NCBI GenBank assembly: GCA_964016885.1
Contig: OZ024743.1
Span: 260,834,001 to 260,898,000, forward strand
From: Eledone cirrhosa
Lineage: Eukaryota
Direction of reading: 5' to 3'
Length of the DNA: 64,000 nt
Notes under the pieces: model-generated
Database searches by the model: none
Told to the model about the DNA's origin: nothing
What the model saw: only the letters and a program-made list of their open reading frames with translations
Program-made: the position numbers and the translations under genes
Part shown: positions 61,557 through 64,000 of the stretch, piece by piece
How the letters are laid out: the number at the start of each line of letters is the position of its first letter
Numbering within the stretch: position 1 is the stretch's first letter

Positions 61557-61628
<72 letters not shown>

Positions 61629-62159
61629 ATATAATTACATATATATATAAACGAAGCTAAATTTTAATCATTTGACTTTTATTTAACTTTATTTTACACT
61701 ACTCCGGAGTAACCAAACCAACCTGCGCACTTCGTCGAGTGCTCCAGCCTGCATACTGAGGTGTTGGTATACAACCAACATAAACTCAAAATCTATAATT
61801 ACATATATATATAAATTATATATATATAATATATCTGTATATATATATATATAACACGTGGGACATATAAAGGACACAGAAAACTCTGAAAAAAGAAACC
61901 CGATCTAAGCCGTTGGTTTCTTGTTCAGCGTCGGTTGTGTTTTCTTCCCGAATAGCTGTCTTCTTTAAGATATTATTGATGTACTGGGAAGAATAGTCCT
62001 GTCTTTAAAGCAGCCGAAGCTATAATGATTCCCGAAGACAGCCATGAGCAAGAACTGTCCATGTGTCTATGTGACAATTGCTACAATCAAACACAGAAAT
62101 GGGGATAGCGAAACCATAAGCGGAATAGAGAAATTAAAACCAGATAGTTCAAGCAATCG

Positions 62160-62507
62160 CCCTGCTAACCTCGGCGGGATTTGATCTCAAAACGTAAAGG
62201 GCCATAACTCTATGCCTCGACTCTATGACGTGAAGTGCGGTGTCCGACTCTTTACCGATACTTCCAATCTGCCGCCCTCCTGAAACTAATAATCATTTCT
62301 AGTATAGGCACATGGCCAGCAATCTGGGGGGGGGGGAGTCGATTAAATCGATCCCATTACGTTACTGGTACTTTATTTTATCGACCTCGTAAGGATAAAA
62401 GGCAAAGTTAACCTCGGCGGGATTTGAACTCAGACCGTAAAGGGGTGTAACTTTATGCTGTAACGGCTGGCGTCCGACCTTCTACCGATACTGCCAATCC
62501 ACCACCC
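62160..62507 (-). mobile_element. Two copies of the abundant SINE
   Basis: Match to the consensus. Confidence 0.8.
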
Positions 62508-62660
62508 TGAAATTAATAATAATACACGAGAAATTACGAAACAGGCTGAACTAACCAAGTTAGTGGTCAAATTACAAAAGAATGAGAAAGGGGCTTGATA
62601 GGAAATTTATAGGTCGGGCTTTAGTGAGAACAATGACAGACAGAGAGAGAAATAGATAAC

Positions 62661-63050
62661 TTTCTATTTATTTGCCACTAGGAGATCAAAGATAGGGACA
62701 AATACAAGGGGGGGGGAGTTTACATACATTTCAAAGGACGTGTAAAAACATATAACAAATAAAATTCAACAATCGAAAAAAATGTGCAACCTTCCTCCTC
62801 AGGAGCACAAAGAGCGGGTGCTCCCTTCCTCTCCTCTTTCTTCTCCTCTCTCACCTACAGGCTGATATAGAGAGAAGGCCCATTCACCCGGGCCATTCTC
62901 GCCACTTTCACCCACCTTTCATAAAACTTGCTGGGGTAGAGCACCTCTCTCTCCAATCTGATCCTTCTTCTAAAATGGTACTTGAAAAAAGGACCAGTTG
63001 TTGGCCGGAGAGAAAAGTGTCTGACCTCAGCCCTTTCAACCTCGTCCACC
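62661..63050 (-). mobile_element. Tx1/L1-like LINE 3' fragment
   Basis: FFKYHFRRRIRLEREVLYPSKFYERW; flanked by AGAT/AG repeats. Confidence 0.85.
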
Positions 63051-63412
63051 AGACAGAGAGAGAAATAGATAGATAGATTGATATAAAGAAATAGAAATAT
63101 ATAGAGACAGAGAGAGAGGGCGAGAGAAAGAGAGGAAAAAAGAGAAAGAAAGAATCACAGCAGTAGTAAACAACAGTTTCGATTTCAAAATTAGGTTGTT
63201 TATGTTATAACGATAATATCATTAAAAAAAACACGTGGAATATATAAAGGACACAGAAACTCAGAAGAGACGGTAAGATGGATAGTTCTCGCTCGGCAGC
63301 TGTCTTCTGGGAATCATTATAGTTTCGGATACTTTAAAGAGTATTACGAATGAAATAGTTCTAGTCCTGTAGAAGTCATTTCTATAATAAAATAAATATA
63401 TCTAAATTTACC

Positions 63413-63505
<93 letters not shown>

Positions 63506-63676
63506 AACGCATGTGAAAGAGTTAGGCTTGTTTACATCGATGAAAATATGTAACTCAAACTTTTAATATAAATATTCTTAACTTCAACGTTATGTGTTGA
63601 TTGTTCTTTTCTTTCGTTTGTATTCGCAGTTATATATATATATATATACATATATATACATATATATATAAATATA

Positions 63677-63766
<90 letters not shown>

Positions 63767-63815
63767 CATATATATATAAATATATATACGTATATGTATA
63801 TATATATATATTTAT

Positions 63816-64000
63816 TGGGTATGACATTAAACTACATCCAGTGGCAAGGCTCCAGTTCGGGAGTTCAGGAGATGTGGGGAATGTGGAGTTACCCCTTAGT
63901 TGTCATGACTCCCAGGTCTGCCCTGGCCCGGGGTGGTAGTACCTGTTAGGGCTCCATTTATGGGTTAAATAACTACCTTATTCGAGTGGCGCCGGTAAGG
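63816..64000 (+). mobile_element. Probable interspersed SINE-like repeat running off the window
   Basis: GC-richer block after (TA)n resembling a common octopus repeat; recalled from memory, not verified. Confidence 0.45.

Larger units (their letters stand above)
60149..61560. mobile_element. Fold-back array of a ~514-bp non-coding HHR unit (family G, retrozyme-like)
   Basis: The unit restarts at 60663; inversion at ~60905; each arm holds 1.3-1.5 units; (TA)n flanks. Confidence 0.85.

Overview
Eukaryotic, very AT-rich, microsatellite-saturated intergenic or intronic DNA. The SINE and LINE repertoire suggests an octopus/cephalopod genome (inference). I found no intact host protein-coding gene, and almost all ORF-track entries are microsatellite artefacts. 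The window is a mosaic of mobile elements. (1) At least 8 families of short fold-back (inverted-arm) elements sit in (TA)n tracts, three Penelope-like (PLE) GIY-YIG endonuclease remnants are present, and about 18 type I hammerhead ribozyme (HHR) motifs from 7 sequence families were folded by eye, several with non-canonical catalytic cores (U3-A8, U4A, U4C). (2) A tRNA-headed element has the same PLE-type fold-back architecture. (3) A ~514-bp tandem non-coding HHR unit looks retrozyme-like. (4) Tx1/L1-like LINEs form a head-to-tail array in (GATA)n. (5) R4/Dong-like RLE LINEs and a non-coding retroposon lie in (CATA)n. (6) There are also a mariner, a hAT MITE and many tRNA-derived SINEs. The most interesting signal is the ribozyme-bearing, (TA)n-targeted fold-back element system with its putative non-autonomous passengers. 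All RNA structures are manual predictions and are untested.
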